64,000 nucleotides of DNA. Source: Balanoglossus misakiensis (lineage: Eukaryota; Animalia; Hemichordata). Both the position numbers and the translations under genes were made by a program. The notes under the pieces were generated by a model. That model did no database searches. It saw only the letters and a list, made by a program, of their open reading frames with translations, and had not been told where the DNA came from. Numbering within the stretch: position 1 is the stretch's first letter; each line of letters starts with the position of its first letter. The stretch is taken from assembly GCA_040954595.2 (NCBI GenBank), contig CM082591.2, positions 5,053,009 to 5,117,008 of the forward strand, written 5' to 3'. This document shows positions 1-12,418 of the stretch, piece after piece.

Positions 1-1542
1 GTCACAACAAGCAGTCGACGATTTCCTTTGGCAATGTCATGTTGATGTCCTTAGGCTTAGTCCAATGTCACACAACACATGAATTGAACGCAAGTTGAGT
101 TACTTTGATTTTCCAATCCAGGTATTGCACAGCGCTGTGGTTTCGTCTCGAAACCGTGTTCAGTCCCACACAAACCTCAGTGTCGTAAAAATGAATGGGA
201 ACACACGTAATTCCATCCACGCCTTCCACCGTCGCGTCGCGCAAAATTCCCGGCAAAATTCCATCTCCGCGTCTCCGTCGCGTCGTGCATGTGCACTGAC
301 TGCGCGAATGTTCATATGCAATTATTGTTATGTAAATTAGCGTTATGTAAATTATTTCTCCATGGATCAACACAACTTTCAATTTCAAAATGACACAGCA
401 CGGATTTCGTGTTCTTTTAAAAAGTTATTTTAGCCTACCTCGGATTCAGAGAATTATACATGTGTCCTTCCAGCCGACGCCGCGCACCGTATGCAGAGAG
501 AGAGAGAGAGAGAGGGGGGGGGGGGGAGGGAGTGCACGTGGAAGCACAGGGACCCTTAGCCTCCCGATAATATGTTGTTTGTCTCTATCGGGGGGGGGGG
601 TACCTACACGGGATGGGATTAGGAAGCGTGCGCCGCGATCGGAATGATTTCGTCGATATTTTCGTCGATAAGTTCCTCACCTGCTTTCATACAGTAACAA
701 TCGCCAAAACTTTGTGAAGCTTCGAGGTCATTATTGTCGCTGTCCCACATCATTTTCGGCGAAAACGGCTCAACACTCAGGCACACGATGATGACGATAA
801 TGATGACAAATTGAGACCGCCAGGCATATCATTATTAATTCCGAGTGACGTCTTCTCACCTTTGACATCATGCACGGAAAAGACTTTTCAGTAATCAGCC
901 AATAATGCCTCCAATACTATCACAAAACATATTCTAACGTAAAAACGTGTATACAATGCAATGCTTTGCTATTTTGGAAGATAACGCGTCAATTATTTTT
1001 TTAAAAATTGACCGGAAGTTGCTAAGTTGGGACGATCCAGTGGAAATTTGCATAATATTAATATTATCACACAGACCGGACAATCGGCCCCAAGGGCAAT
1101 GGACGTATTAAATATATATCCGTCGACGAGTTCTATTTCAAATATAAACGCTTTAGTCTACCTTTGCAGACGTTTTAAGGGAGAACAGTATTTTGCCTTG
1201 GTCCCATTTTGGTAACAAACATAATAGTCAGGTTCCAACACACGTTCACACATAGCTGCAGAAACACGCGTTGGTGGTGGTGGTGGGGAGGGGGTGTGGT
1301 AATTATGCTGGTTTCCCCACCAAAAACCAGTATATACTGGACAGCAGTAGACTATATGTCAGATCATGGCGACGCAATCGTGAGAAAACAAGCTCAGCGT
1401 GTGAATTTGAACGAATAAACGACTGGGAGTAAACAGAACCATTAGGGGAATAGGATCAGTTCCCATGATGAAAATATTAGCCCTTTTCTTGTGAGGTTTA
1501 ATGGTAAACATACCAACCTCGGGGCTCAAGCCACAAATCTAC

Positions 1543-1646
1543 CTGTTTAATCTGGCCTGCTCCTCCGCTGGACTGGGGTAGGCCGACACGTTTCTTACTA
1601 CCTCGCGTGGATCCTCAGTGTGTTGTGGGGCCGCGGCATCGTCCAT
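1543..1646 (-). CDS. Possible first coding exon of an unidentified gene running off the left edge (MDDAAAPQHTEDPREVVRNVSAYPSPAEEQARLN)
   Basis: ATG at 1646 in context gctATGg; 34 open codons in a GC-rich patch ending at donor-like AG|gtagat (1543/1542); promoter-like motifs at 1658-1750. No homology recognised. Confidence 0.3.
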
Positions 1647-2050
1647 AGCGCGATGATGAAAAGTGAAACAATAAAAACAAATGTACATAAGTTGTGCCGT
1701 CTTTGAACGCATGAGGGCGGTATTCGATTTGAATGTAAGGTGCGCATGACGTAGTATAGACAAACAAACAAAACTTTGAAATTAAAAAAAGTGAGTCAGT
1801 TGAGCAATAAATCCACTTACGGTTCTTCTTTAATGATTACACCATTCTTTTACATGTATAATCAAAAGATATTATGATAAGGGCCGATTTTACCCTCAGC
1901 AGTGCGAATAATGAATTCAAATTTAGACTTTTACAGCAAAAAATTGAACAGACCGGCCTCGTTAAAACCGTTAGCAATTAACACCTCTATGAAGTGACAA
2001 CATGAAGTGTAACAGCATCATAACATGTTTTCGTCAGTGACATCTTTGAT

Positions 2051-4273
2051 TTACTGTGAAAATACTTTGACGCAGTTCTGTCCCTGATCGACCACAACGA
2101 CCTGGCCAAAAGGTTCTTCCTTGGTCACACAGATACCGTGAGGATTCGTGAGGCCGTCGCCAGTAAAGGTGTCGACACGACAGACAAATGTCCCGCCTTT
2201 ATCATATTTGACGATCCTCTTGTTGCGGCTGTCGGACACATACACGTAACCGCGCTTGTCGACGGCCACTCCCAGGGGACAATTCAATTGGCCGTCCCCG
2301 CTTCCCTTGACGCCGAACGCGTACAGGAATTGGCCATATCCATTGAACACCTGGATTCTGTCATTGGACGAATCCGACACGTACACGTTGCCTTCGTCGT
2401 CGATGCACGCGAAATACGGATAGTGGAATTCCGCTTTTTTGCTTCCGTGTCTCCCGAACGACTTGATATGATTTCCATCTTGATCGAAAACTTGGACGCA
2501 GTGTGAACTGTAGTCCACGACGTAAACCCTTCCGTTGACGGAGCTTAGGGCTATACCGATCGGAGTTTTCAACTTCCCCATTCCGAAACAGCGGACCAGC
2601 TTGCCGTTCCCGTCACAGACGAACACCTGCTTGTTTCCCGCGTCTGTGACGAAGATCTCGCCCTTGTCGGAAACGGCGGCGTCGAAAGGGCGAAGCCGAT
2701 TGGGCAGGTGGTTGATCTGAATCACTTTCTGGTGCCGTCCACCAGTGGTAAACGACTGCATTCTGTTGTTGTTGTAATCGCAAACCAGCGCATCTCCTGA
2801 TCGGGTGAGGGTCACCCCGTATGGATAATTGAACTGTCCCACACCAGAACCTCGCTCACCGAAGCTGCACACCAACCCCGGCTGAGGGATGACTTTAATT
2901 TTAACAGGTGACCCCTGCACTGGTTTCTTGCACACTGTTACTGACAGCTCATGCTCTCCAGGCGTCCTCGCGGGTGACGTTACGACCACAGTCCCGTCCT
3001 TCTTGTACGTCATTTCGACGTCATCCACGTTACCTACCGGTGACGTCATGACGGCTTCAACGACCGTTCCCCTACCCGTCACCTTCTTCTGCGTCTTCTC
3101 GTCAACGGCTGCTATGGTGACAGTGATATCATCACCCACCCGCGGAAACCCCGGGTGTTCAGTAACCGCATGCGATATGTGAGTGTTGATTGTACCCAAG
3201 GTCTTTTCGACGCAGAAGTTATCGCGTGGTTCGAACTCCATGAAGTCGCCCTCAACAGGACCAGATTTTGTCTCTAATTTCAGTAATTCTGTCATCTGAG
3301 ACGACACCACCTTCTTCGACGTCATCAAATGCGCAGCGCTCCCATAATGCACCAGTTTCTCGACATATTCCCCAGCATTCAACATGTCGTCCTCTGCCAT
3401 CTCCAGTTCTTTCAACTGCGCGCCTAAATTCGCTTTTCGCGTGTCGTATTCGTCTTTCAACTCCTTCAGAAGTTTTTCGCCATTTCCCTGTATTAGCCGA
3501 GTGATTTCTTCGGTGGTCTTACGGATGTGTTCCGTCAGCTTCGCTTCTTCTCTCCCGAAGCGAGCGTCTAACGATGTCGATATTTGCGACACCGCCGTCT
3601 TGCCGTTGCTTGCCTCGTCTGCTTTCACTTTCACTTCGTCCACCATGGCCGTCAGCTCTCTGGTGTAATCTGTCGCCGCTTCCTTGACGCACCTGTAACG
3701 GTGCTCTGGTTTCGGGTGGTCCAGCGCAGTGCACTTCAGACAGATCGCCTGGTCGCACGTGTCGCAGAAGTACTCGATCTCGTAGTCCGGGTGCTTGGCG
3801 CAGTGCACCGCGCTCTTGACAAAGAACCGCTCTGCGAACTTCGAAGCGTGGTATTCAGCCAGCGGCACGAGGCTGTGCGATTTTGTGTACGGGATGACCC
3901 TGTGTCCGTTCTCGCACGCCTCGCACATGTCCAGAACACACTCCAGGCAGTGCGAGGACTTACCTCCCTGCCCGCAAAGTTCACACTTCCCCGCGACGGC
4001 GAACTTGCTTCGATTATTGTACACGTTTACCAAGTCGTTCAGGAAAAAGTCGTCGTGGCCAATTATGTCGTCGCTGCTGGAAATGTCGTGCGAGCGCCGA
4101 CATATTGGACAGACGATCACACGACTTTTCTCTGCCAGCTTACCCAGACACGGCTCGCAGAAGCTGTGTAGACACGGCAGCAGTTTAGCATTCTTGTATT
4201 GCTCCAAACAGATTCCGCAGGTGAGAAAATTCTCGCCAATTTCCTCCGGAAACGTCGACAAGTTTGCGGCCAT
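2051..4273 (-). CDS. Intronless TRIM-NHL E3 ubiquitin ligase (TRIM2/3/56/71-like), ~740 aa
   Basis: RING (CGIC..LPCLHSFCEPC..CPIC), B-box1 (CELC..CLEC..C..C..H..H), B-box2 (CAKH..FCDTCDQAICLKC..H..H), coiled coil, filamin repeat (..PGEHELSVTV..PVQGSP), then about six NHL repeats (FGERGSGVGQFNYPYGV..; VYVSDSSNDRIQVF). The ORF-track start at 4291 is GTG; the first ATG is at 4273 (aacaaaATGgcc). Confidence 0.93.
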   Translation of the reverse strand: MAANLSTFPEEIGENFLTCGICLEQYKNAKLLPCLHSFCEPCLGKLAEKSRVIVCPICRRSHDISSSDDIIGHDDFFLNDLVNVYNNRSKFAVAGKCELCGQGGKSSHCLECVLDMCEACENGHRVIPYTKSHSLVPLAEYHASKFAERFFVKSAVHCAKHPDYEIEYFCDTCDQAICLKCTALDHPKPEHRYRCVKEAATDYTRELTAMVDEVKVKADEASNGKTAVSQISTSLDARFGREEAKLTEHIRKTTEEITRLIQGNGEKLLKELKDEYDTRKANLGAQLKELEMAEDDMLNAGEYVEKLVHYGSAAHLMTSKKVVSSQMTELLKLETKSGPVEGDFMEFEPRDNFCVEKTLGTINTHISHAVTEHPGFPRVGDDITVTIAAVDEKTQKKVTGRGTVVEAVMTSPVGNVDDVEMTYKKDGTVVVTSPARTPGEHELSVTVCKKPVQGSPVKIKVIPQPGLVCSFGERGSGVGQFNYPYGVTLTRSGDALVCDYNNNRMQSFTTGGRHQKVIQINHLPNRLRPFDAAVSDKGEIFVTDAGNKQVFVCDGNGKLVRCFGMGKLKTPIGIALSSVNGRVYVVDYSSHCVQVFDQDGNHIKSFGRHGSKKAEFHYPYFACIDDEGNVYVSDSSNDRIQVFNGYGQFLYAFGVKGSGDGQLNCPLGVAVDKRGYVYVSDSRNKRIVKYDKGGTFVCRVDTFTGDGLTNPHGICVTKEEPFGQVVVVDQGQNCVKVFSQ

Positions 4274-4949
4274 TTTGTTCACACCGTCCACATATGATAT
4301 ATACGTGTCAGGTGGTCACTAGTTAATTATTTCATAAATTCCGTTTTCCTCTTATCGAAGAGTTAGTCGCTCACAGACAGACGGACAGACAGAGAGAGAG
4401 AGAGCCCTCTTTCTCTATCCTCCCCAATCTCTCTATCTCTAGAAAATAAAATGATCAGTTAACGACAGATTGTAGATTTTTAATTTAATTTTATATAGAT
4501 CACAGATTTTGACCAGTTCAAATGTAAAAGACCAAAATAATCTTGTTGAAAGTAGCACTTCCATTATATTTAAACTTGGCGATGGTGATAATGAATGATA
4601 TAATAAAACATTTAACAAGGCGATAACTGAGATTAAAAATTAACATGCATGCACTTTAGAGTGACCCATCTGATATTTATGATTGTGGGCTGGAATGAAT
4701 GTGTTGAAAATTAACTTTTGGCAAGTTCAAACATTCTTGGCTTGTGTACTTCCTGAGGCAAATATTAATATCATATTCTCCAGCCCATTCAATATCAAAG
4801 GATTAACAATGCTGAGAGTAGGTAAACTCAGATAAACGATTTCATGTGTAACATAGATCAACCACGATCATGAACTTTTTTCTGAAAAAATGCCTGATTA
4901 CTCCAGGTAAATGAGGCTGGTATATCAAATAAACTTGGAAATGAGATAA

Positions 4950-5335
4950 AAAGTAACAATGCATTGTTTGCAATGATGTACATTGTAGCAGTTACACTAC
5001 AGTATAATACAAAGTAATAACCACATTGTTTGCAATGATGTACAATGTAGCAGTTACACTACAGTGTAATACAGTGTAACAACCACATTGTTTGCAATGA
5101 TGTACATTGTAGCAGTTACACTACAGTGTAATACAAAGTAACAAACATGTTGTTTGCAATGATGTACATTGTATAAGTTACACTACAGTGTAATACAAAG
5201 TAACAACCACATTGTTTGCAATGACATACATAGTAGCAGTTACACTACAGTGTAATACAAAGTAACCACATTGTTTGCAATGATGTACATTGTAGCAGAT
5301 ACAGCTTTGCACCTTATTTGACATGCTAGCAACTG
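4950..5335. repeat. 62-bp tandem repeat array (~6 units) plus conserved flank, copy 1
   Basis: Unit CATTGTAGCAGTTACACTACAGTGTAATACAAAGTAACAACCACATTGTTTGCAATGATGTA recurs at 4981, 5043, 5105, 5167, 5229 and 5288; followed by GCACCTTATTTGACATGCTAGCAA. Confidence 0.93.
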
Positions 5336-5988
5336 TCATTAATTTAAACTTGCAAATGTACATGCATTTCCTCACTAATGGTCAAAGTATTTAGAATCTG
5401 ACATTACAAAATTAATTCAAATAACTTAGCTGTCGATTACCTCTCATTAAATTTTTCCAAAAGAATCAAAATTGTACATAAATTATATGTTAATCATGCT
5501 AAATTTCCACATGAATATTTAATTTTGACACACAAGCATTTGGGTGTGTACATTTGTAGTTGTACTTGTCAATGCTAAATTTTGCAATAAACACTCAGAT
5601 ATCAGTTTACATTTTAAAGGCTATATTCTACAGGCATCTAAGCTTTCATATATGCTCTTAATATTAACAATGGGGTGTGTCATGTTTTGCTTGATATAAA
5701 ACCAAAAATAGTTCCAAAATAGTTAAAAATAATCCTCTCACAAAGAACACCAGCTGCATAGGGAGTCATAAATCCTCACCTGAAATGCAAATTTCCAAAA
5801 TCAACAGCTTCTTCTGAAAAATGACTGAAGGAAATTCGGATCGAACAACGAAGAAGTCATTTATCCAACCATCACTAACTTTTCAACCTCAAATATTCAT
5901 AGTAAAAAATACCAAAACATCAAAAATAGCATCGCTGACACCCTGTTCCCATTTGACAAATTACTACATACAAATCAGTGTAACAAAT

Positions 5989-6070
5989 GTGGATTTAGCC
6001 TAGTCGGTTTGTGTGCGGACTTGCTTCCTAAATGAACTGGTTTGGTAGGTCTGGGTTCAAATCCTGTTAA
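5989..6070 (+). mobile_element. Degenerate tRNA-derived SINE head or tRNA pseudogene
   Basis: Pol III A-box TAGCCTAGTCGG (5996-6007) and B-box GGTTCAAATCC (6054-6064) at tRNA-like spacing; no intact cloverleaf. Confidence 0.5.
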
Positions 6071-9000
6071 ATACAAGTTAATACAAGTCATAAAATCATG
6101 TTCATTTGGTCTCATAATGTTTAGTAATAAGAGTTGATACATATAGTTCAGTACATGTGACATAGACAAGTACTGTAGCATGAAATTAATCTTGGTGTCA
6201 TTATGAATAACACAATTACATTAATAGTCCACATGCATCTACATACTAAAAGCCAAGGTGATACCAAATGCATAGTAATTTTTAAGTTTTTCAAATCACA
6301 TGGACAGACTCACAAGGATACCAGACAATATATAATCCAACAAGCTATACACATATATAACATGGGAGCGTAGATGAAAGTCTAAATGTTTGCTTAACAT
6401 GTACATAATCTTGCTTAAATACATTGCTCAAATTTTCTGTGGTTTTTAAGCTTACCATATGCATTTGAAATTCATACACGTTTAATTTTTTATTAACCAT
6501 GTAATTTCCATGATTTCAAGGTGCATTACTGTCAACAGTCTAAAATATCCAGCAATCCAATGTAAATATTTTGCAATAATTTTAGTGCAATAACGTAATG
6601 ATGGATGGTTTGTTGTCTTATTGCTTTCAAAGGTGTATTGTTTAATGGAACAGTTGAAAACCACAGCAAAAGTAGCACTGCAATGAAAAAGTACTATGGT
6701 ATTATAATCTTGTTTTTGGTTTTAATAAAAAGGCACTTGCAGACATATAACTGATTATCAAGTGTTCAGCATCAGTATGCAATCATAAAAAGACCTTGTA
6801 ATGTAACGAGGAACTATTTTACTAGATAATGAATTAAAATTACTTTCACTTAGACTGATGATCATCATGAAATGTACACGCTTAAATGTTAATATCGCTA
6901 TTATAAACTCAATTAGCATACATAGGGCGCGGATATTGTTTCTGCATTGATTATCACAGACGATAATACGCAACAAAATTGCGCTTGGGAACGGACCAAA
7001 GATGTGTGATGTAAAATGACGGACAGTTGTGTCATGCAGCTTAAATTTCGCATTCTCGTCGCAGTGCAGTGTGCCGCGTTGATTGAAACATACACAATGA
7101 CGCGTCGACGCGCGTTCGTTTCAATAGAAACATTGACCGCACTGTATTATACTGCACTACAGTGCACACATGTCGACAGATTGGCACGACCATATAACAC
7201 ACATGCGTTCACCGATTTATACTGTCTACGTACCTTAATACGAACCGGGGTTTTGACACTCAAATTTTTTCCAGGTCTTTGGAGAATAAAATGCGACGAT
7301 TTTTAAGCTTAAAACACACTTGTACACGCCGGTGTTCTGCATATATGTAGACACCGGCTTTGCAAGGATATGATGTGCACAGCGCTCGCACTAATGGACT
7401 GGACTGTGCGGACAGTACTTCAGCGAGGGGTGTTAAGTTATTTTCGTCTTGATTTATTGCTTTTTATGACTGTCAGATTTCAACGCATAGACTTCGTACT
7501 TAACACATAAATCATTGTTGTTTGCTTTCTAAATCAACTGTATTTTGTTTTAACCGGACTTGGGGTTGTTAATAAGGGAGTGAAAACAGCGACCTCGATC
7601 GAAAGTGAGAGTGGACGCCCCTGTGATAGAAAGTACAAGCGTCCAATACCAGACCCAATTATACAGGAAATAGCCAATCGAATAGTCTGTAACATTTACA
7701 GGTCCTACCACGAACAGTACACTCGTATTGACTGGTCAAACTTAGTAGGACGGGGTCGCTACAATAAATATTTTTAATGGCAACGGGGTTGTTAGATTTA
7801 GGGTAACCCCCGACCCCTCAGAAGCATTCATGTACATGTGATATCTGGCAAATACCATTCGTTCATGTGGGCCTGCAGTCTTCTGTGTCTCGGTAAGTGG
7901 TGGTACGATTTGTAAATTGAGTGTGGAATTTCCAACCCTCCCCAACTGTCAAATCTATTGCATAGATACTGTGGTACATTCGTGATCAGATATATTCACA
8001 CCCCTTGTCTCTTGCAAATAGTGCAAACCGCAGCTGTGAACAGTGAAATCGACATGTTCGCGAATGACCCTGGCGCGCGCGCGCGTCGACGCGTCTGCTG
8101 TCCTGTCTGGCAAGGTGACGCGGACGCGCGTGGGGTCCACATTACCCGGTTTCATTGTTTTACTATATACAGGTGTATGTACCCCTGGGGGAGGGGGGTC
8201 AGTAATATATGGACATATCGAAAGCCGACCTCGCGATCATGATCGCTCAGAAACCAAGCCCCAGTCATTGACAACAGCTGCGCTCATTTATACATGGACG
8301 TATCCCTAATAATGAAATGTTGCAAAGTTCATCAAATATTATGCCACAGACAATTATGCGGACCTGTCACTAGGGCCCCAAGAGCTATGGAAGATTACGT
8401 AATCATGTACACACACACACACATGCGGGCGCACACACACGCTTATCATTTCCAACCCACAGTCGATTAATATTCATATGCCGGCGTCTGCTATGTCAGA
8501 GAAAAAAAAGCATGTCACATCACAGGGGGGGGGGGGCAGTCTAGCTTACACCGAAACACAAGTGACTAGGGTGGGGTGACCCATAAAATTATATCACACA
8601 AAAAGACTGGACAAAAAAGTCTTAGGAAGTGGTCAAGATGAAAGTGTGTCATTGTTTTGCTATTATTGTTACAGTGAGTGTTAATTAATTTACAAGATAA
8701 GGTGCTAATGGACTTGTTTACCTTTTTTTTTTTTTTTTTGCTCTTCAATTAAAGTATTCAAATATTCTCTGGCGGCTTTCAGCACAGCACTATCAGATTC
8801 TAATCTGAGCATGGATGTGATACTATAGCTGTACCTCCAGGAGCAATTGGCAATTTACTACTTCCCATACCCCTTCCCTACCCAACCCAGCTATTGTAGT
8901 CTTGCTCACAAAAGGAGCACATTAACATATACAAGCATAAATTATTAACGATCTCTTAACATCCATTGACTGTAAACCATTTGTATAATTGATGGCCCCC

Positions 9001-10852
9001 TTATTTACTAGTGTTGCCTAATTTAGTAGGTAGACATGTGCAGGGCCATATGGATGATGATTAGGTGTATTAGGGATGGGTCATTCAATATTGGGGGGGG
9101 GGGGCGTGGTGGAAATTTTAATTGGGGTGGGGACAGTTACATTGGTGTAAGTCACAAATGTGCCCTCCACTAACTTTTATTATATGGTACCTAGTGTTTT
9201 AACTAGACAAATGGATGCTTAATTACCATATGCTCAACTGAATGGAACTATACTCCATAACCATTAAAATATATTTGCATATCCATTTTACTGGTATGTC
9301 TACATGTACCAGTCTTTCTTGGAGAATGTTTTATGTGTTGGTCGGTTTTTGCCCAACATTGAGGTCCACCACCTTAAAAAAGGTCCTTATCTGCTCAGCT
9401 CAATAACTTGTATGGGCTAAATCACAAGTGTATGTTAATTTCCATGAAAGAAAGAAATTCTGTAAATGTAGGTTGTACTGTGATGTTGGTAATTCACTCC
9501 CTGTTGATCAACAATCATTGGTGTGTAATATAAAAACCTGAAAAATTACTCCACATGTCAAACTGTTTGAACATGGTTTGACAGGTTTATGTGACCCTAA
9601 ACTATTTTCACCAATTGTTTACTGGTATGTGTGTACATGTGTTACTGTTTCGCTACTGTCATTGTTTATCACCATGGTGACAAGACTTCTGTGTCCGCAC
9701 ACGTTTTGAGAGAGCTAGGCAAATGCCAAGAGTGAACACAGCATGGCTTCATGTGCTGACCGGCGAAGATTGTCCGCGCGATACAAAAGACACGGCGAAC
9801 AGAAGATGCGTACCGACACGCATTTTACTGACAATCGATAGACGTGAATCAATGCCACGAACGTTTCTGATCTTTTGTCTTGACTGTGTATAACAGGTCA
9901 CAAGGTCACGGCTTTGTTTGATAGCCTTACTTCATTCATTCAGTCGTTCACAAATGACACTTAAAAGTGTGAACGTTCAACATGGGCACATTTGGATAAT
10001 TTTCATCAAGCTGAGGACAGCTTACTGTGTACGAATATTTCACTCAGTCGCAATAACAAACGCTGCGCTTTGGCCGTCCGAAACTCACTGGGATCTGAAA
10101 GTTATAAACTGGTTTTGAAAATTCAGTGGTGACCTATTCTGCTTTCACTACAATTAAATGGAAACAGTTTCAGGTCGTGTAAGGAAAAATGAAATGTTTT
10201 CAGCTGTACAGTTACATTATAGCGCATTTGCATGACGCTACCGATTTGGTTTGGAAGGCATGTTAGTTACCTGTTACTTGAGAGTTTTCGATTGTCATAA
10301 CTTGACCCCACAATTTACATAAACTCAACCAAGAGAGAGTGAAGCTGAGAAAGCACACAGATATTATGTCACTATGTTTAACTGCTCAGTTTACAGTGTT
10401 GACATCATCTGCATATTAGTACCATAGTGACAAGTGTTTGTACACAAATGCTGGTTTCAGCTGTGTTCACAATTCGACTCGGTCAAAGTGATTTTCTGAT
10501 GTTGTTCGTGAATTTTCTGACATGATTGGGCAAGGTGACATTGCTTCAGAGAATTCAAACACGACAATTTCATTCTAGTTTCATTTTCTTTTCTTCTGAA
10601 ATATTTTAGAAAACAAATATCTGGTTCTTCAGGAGTTGAAAAGAGGCACCAGTTGTATCATCATTTCTATGAAACAATTTTTTTCCGCAAGAAATTTGAT
10701 TATATATTTTTTTCCCTTTTAAATCATTAACTCATACGATTTCAAAGATTCTCTCAGCCCTGTGGTCTGACATGTTTGCGTATAAACTTAGCAAGTGTAA
10801 ACATTGGACTAATTCACCAAAAGAAACAACACCAAGCTTGCAATTAGGCTAG

Positions 10853-11101
10853 GTTGCTAAGCAACATCCCTGCCCACATATGATGCGGTGACCTTTAAAC
10901 TTTGGACACAGAACATGCCATTGTCTGGTGAGCAAGGCATCGATTTACTGACTGGGAAAACTATGGTGTAATTTGAACCGAAATTGGTTAATTTTCGTCG
11001 TCAAGTCACCGTATCGCCGAGAGAATAGTGAGAGTTAGCCGTAAACCAAAAATATTAAGCTGATTGGTCTTTGTTGTGGTGATCGAATTCTGATCTGACA
11101 G
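10853..11101 (+). promoter_or_regulatory. Putative promoter and non-coding first exon of the ELOVL gene, with an RFX X-box-like site
   Basis: Near-palindromic GTTGCTAAGCAAC at 10853-10865; strong donor CAG|GTAAGC at 11101/11102; matching acceptor tttctttcag at 12307 just upstream of the ATG. Confidence 0.45.
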
Positions 11102-12351
11102 GTAAGCTGAGAAGCACTCCCATTTACAGGGAAACACAGGTGTACTATGTAATTCATATGGATTTATTAGTGACGAACAGGTCCATACACTACCACTGTA
11201 CCGGCCGGTACCAATAATTACAATTGCATGATTTACAATGTATGTTGGGCTTTATATATCCAAAGAGTCTCTTGGTGACAACTTGAGAAGCAGATTCAAC
11301 TGTTCTGAAAATTGTGTTGTTTTTTTCTATTCACGGCATGTGCTGTATATTTAAAGGGACAAAGTCTCTGTCTATTCACATTTTGTTCATATGTATTTTT
11401 CATATCATACGAGACAGAAGTTTTGCTTACCGAAACATACTGACCTATCATTGATTATTGAGCTCTGATTCTCTCACCTGCTTGCAAGCTGTAACATGTA
11501 AAGATTCCAATGACAGATCGATTTTGGTGTGTACCCAAAATTATGTCATTAATACATTCATGTTGTGTGCATGGAACACTGATGGCTGGCAATTCAGAGT
11601 GTTTCAGGAAACAGAACGCCACCAGTTCCCTTTAAAATATTGAATTGAAAACCAGATGAAATGTTGTCTAAAGAGAACTTCTTATGTCTCTGTAACCTTT
11701 CACCCCTATTTCTCTGCACATGGTTCCCCCCACGCCATTGGCATTAGTGTGGTTGGAACCAAATTTGAAGCAGTGAGGGTGGGCTTTTATGTCACCAACT
11801 AGTTGGAAAAGAAACATTCATGGTGTGAGAAGCATGTGAAACTTGGAATCTTTGTTAAATTTTACAAAATTTAAATCATGTCTTCAGTGAGGCATCAGCC
11901 AAGATTTTCAAGCCTCGCGTCGACTACAAGTCATCGATCGGCGTGCCATCCATCACCTTAAAATATGAATAATGATGTATGCGTACTTCAAAATAAATTC
12001 ATTGGTTACATATTAATGTCTTGGTAGGGCAACCATGGTATTATATTGCTTAAATCCATAAATCAAAATTTTGCAGTATTGTATTAAAACATATATCATT
12101 TTCATATATTCCATTTTGTACCTGTGTCTAGTGCCATCTCTAAGCTTAACAGTTTTAGCATTGCAACACCATTTTGTAGGCTATGAAAGTCAAAACTACT
12201 TTCCACCACAGGTATTTTAGCAGCAGTTTATAAATACCATTATTTGCATTGTTGACATGAAGTTTAAAATTAATGTTTATAAATATGTTTTTTTTTGTTT
12301 CTTTCAGATTTTGTTTGACCTGGTAGCTGTATATTTTAACCAAGTGTAACC

Positions 12352-12418
12352 ATGGAGATTATAAAAGACAAGTGGTATGAATTGAGAGAGTGGTATGATG
12401 GGGTTCTGTCACACAGTG
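12352..12418 (+). CDS. ELOVL4: ELOVL4-like coding exon 1 ([22 protein letters not shown])
   Basis: accATGg start, donor G|gtgagt; phase 1 joins to DKRVDDW. Confidence 0.85.

Noticed and set aside
4274-4291. ORF-track start of TRIM at 4291
   Set aside because: The codon is GTG; the ATG at 4273 is the plausible eukaryotic start.
2138-4322. Overlapping and antisense ORFs (122-195 aa) on the TRIM gene
   Set aside because: Shadow ORFs of GC-rich coding sequence with no domain signal.
4950-5300. 62-bp palindromic arrays as CRISPR arrays
   Set aside because: Units are contiguous with no unique spacers, there are no cas genes, and the context is eukaryotic.
5989-6070. Functional tRNA gene
   Set aside because: A and B boxes are present, but no acceptor or anticodon stem pairing could be built.
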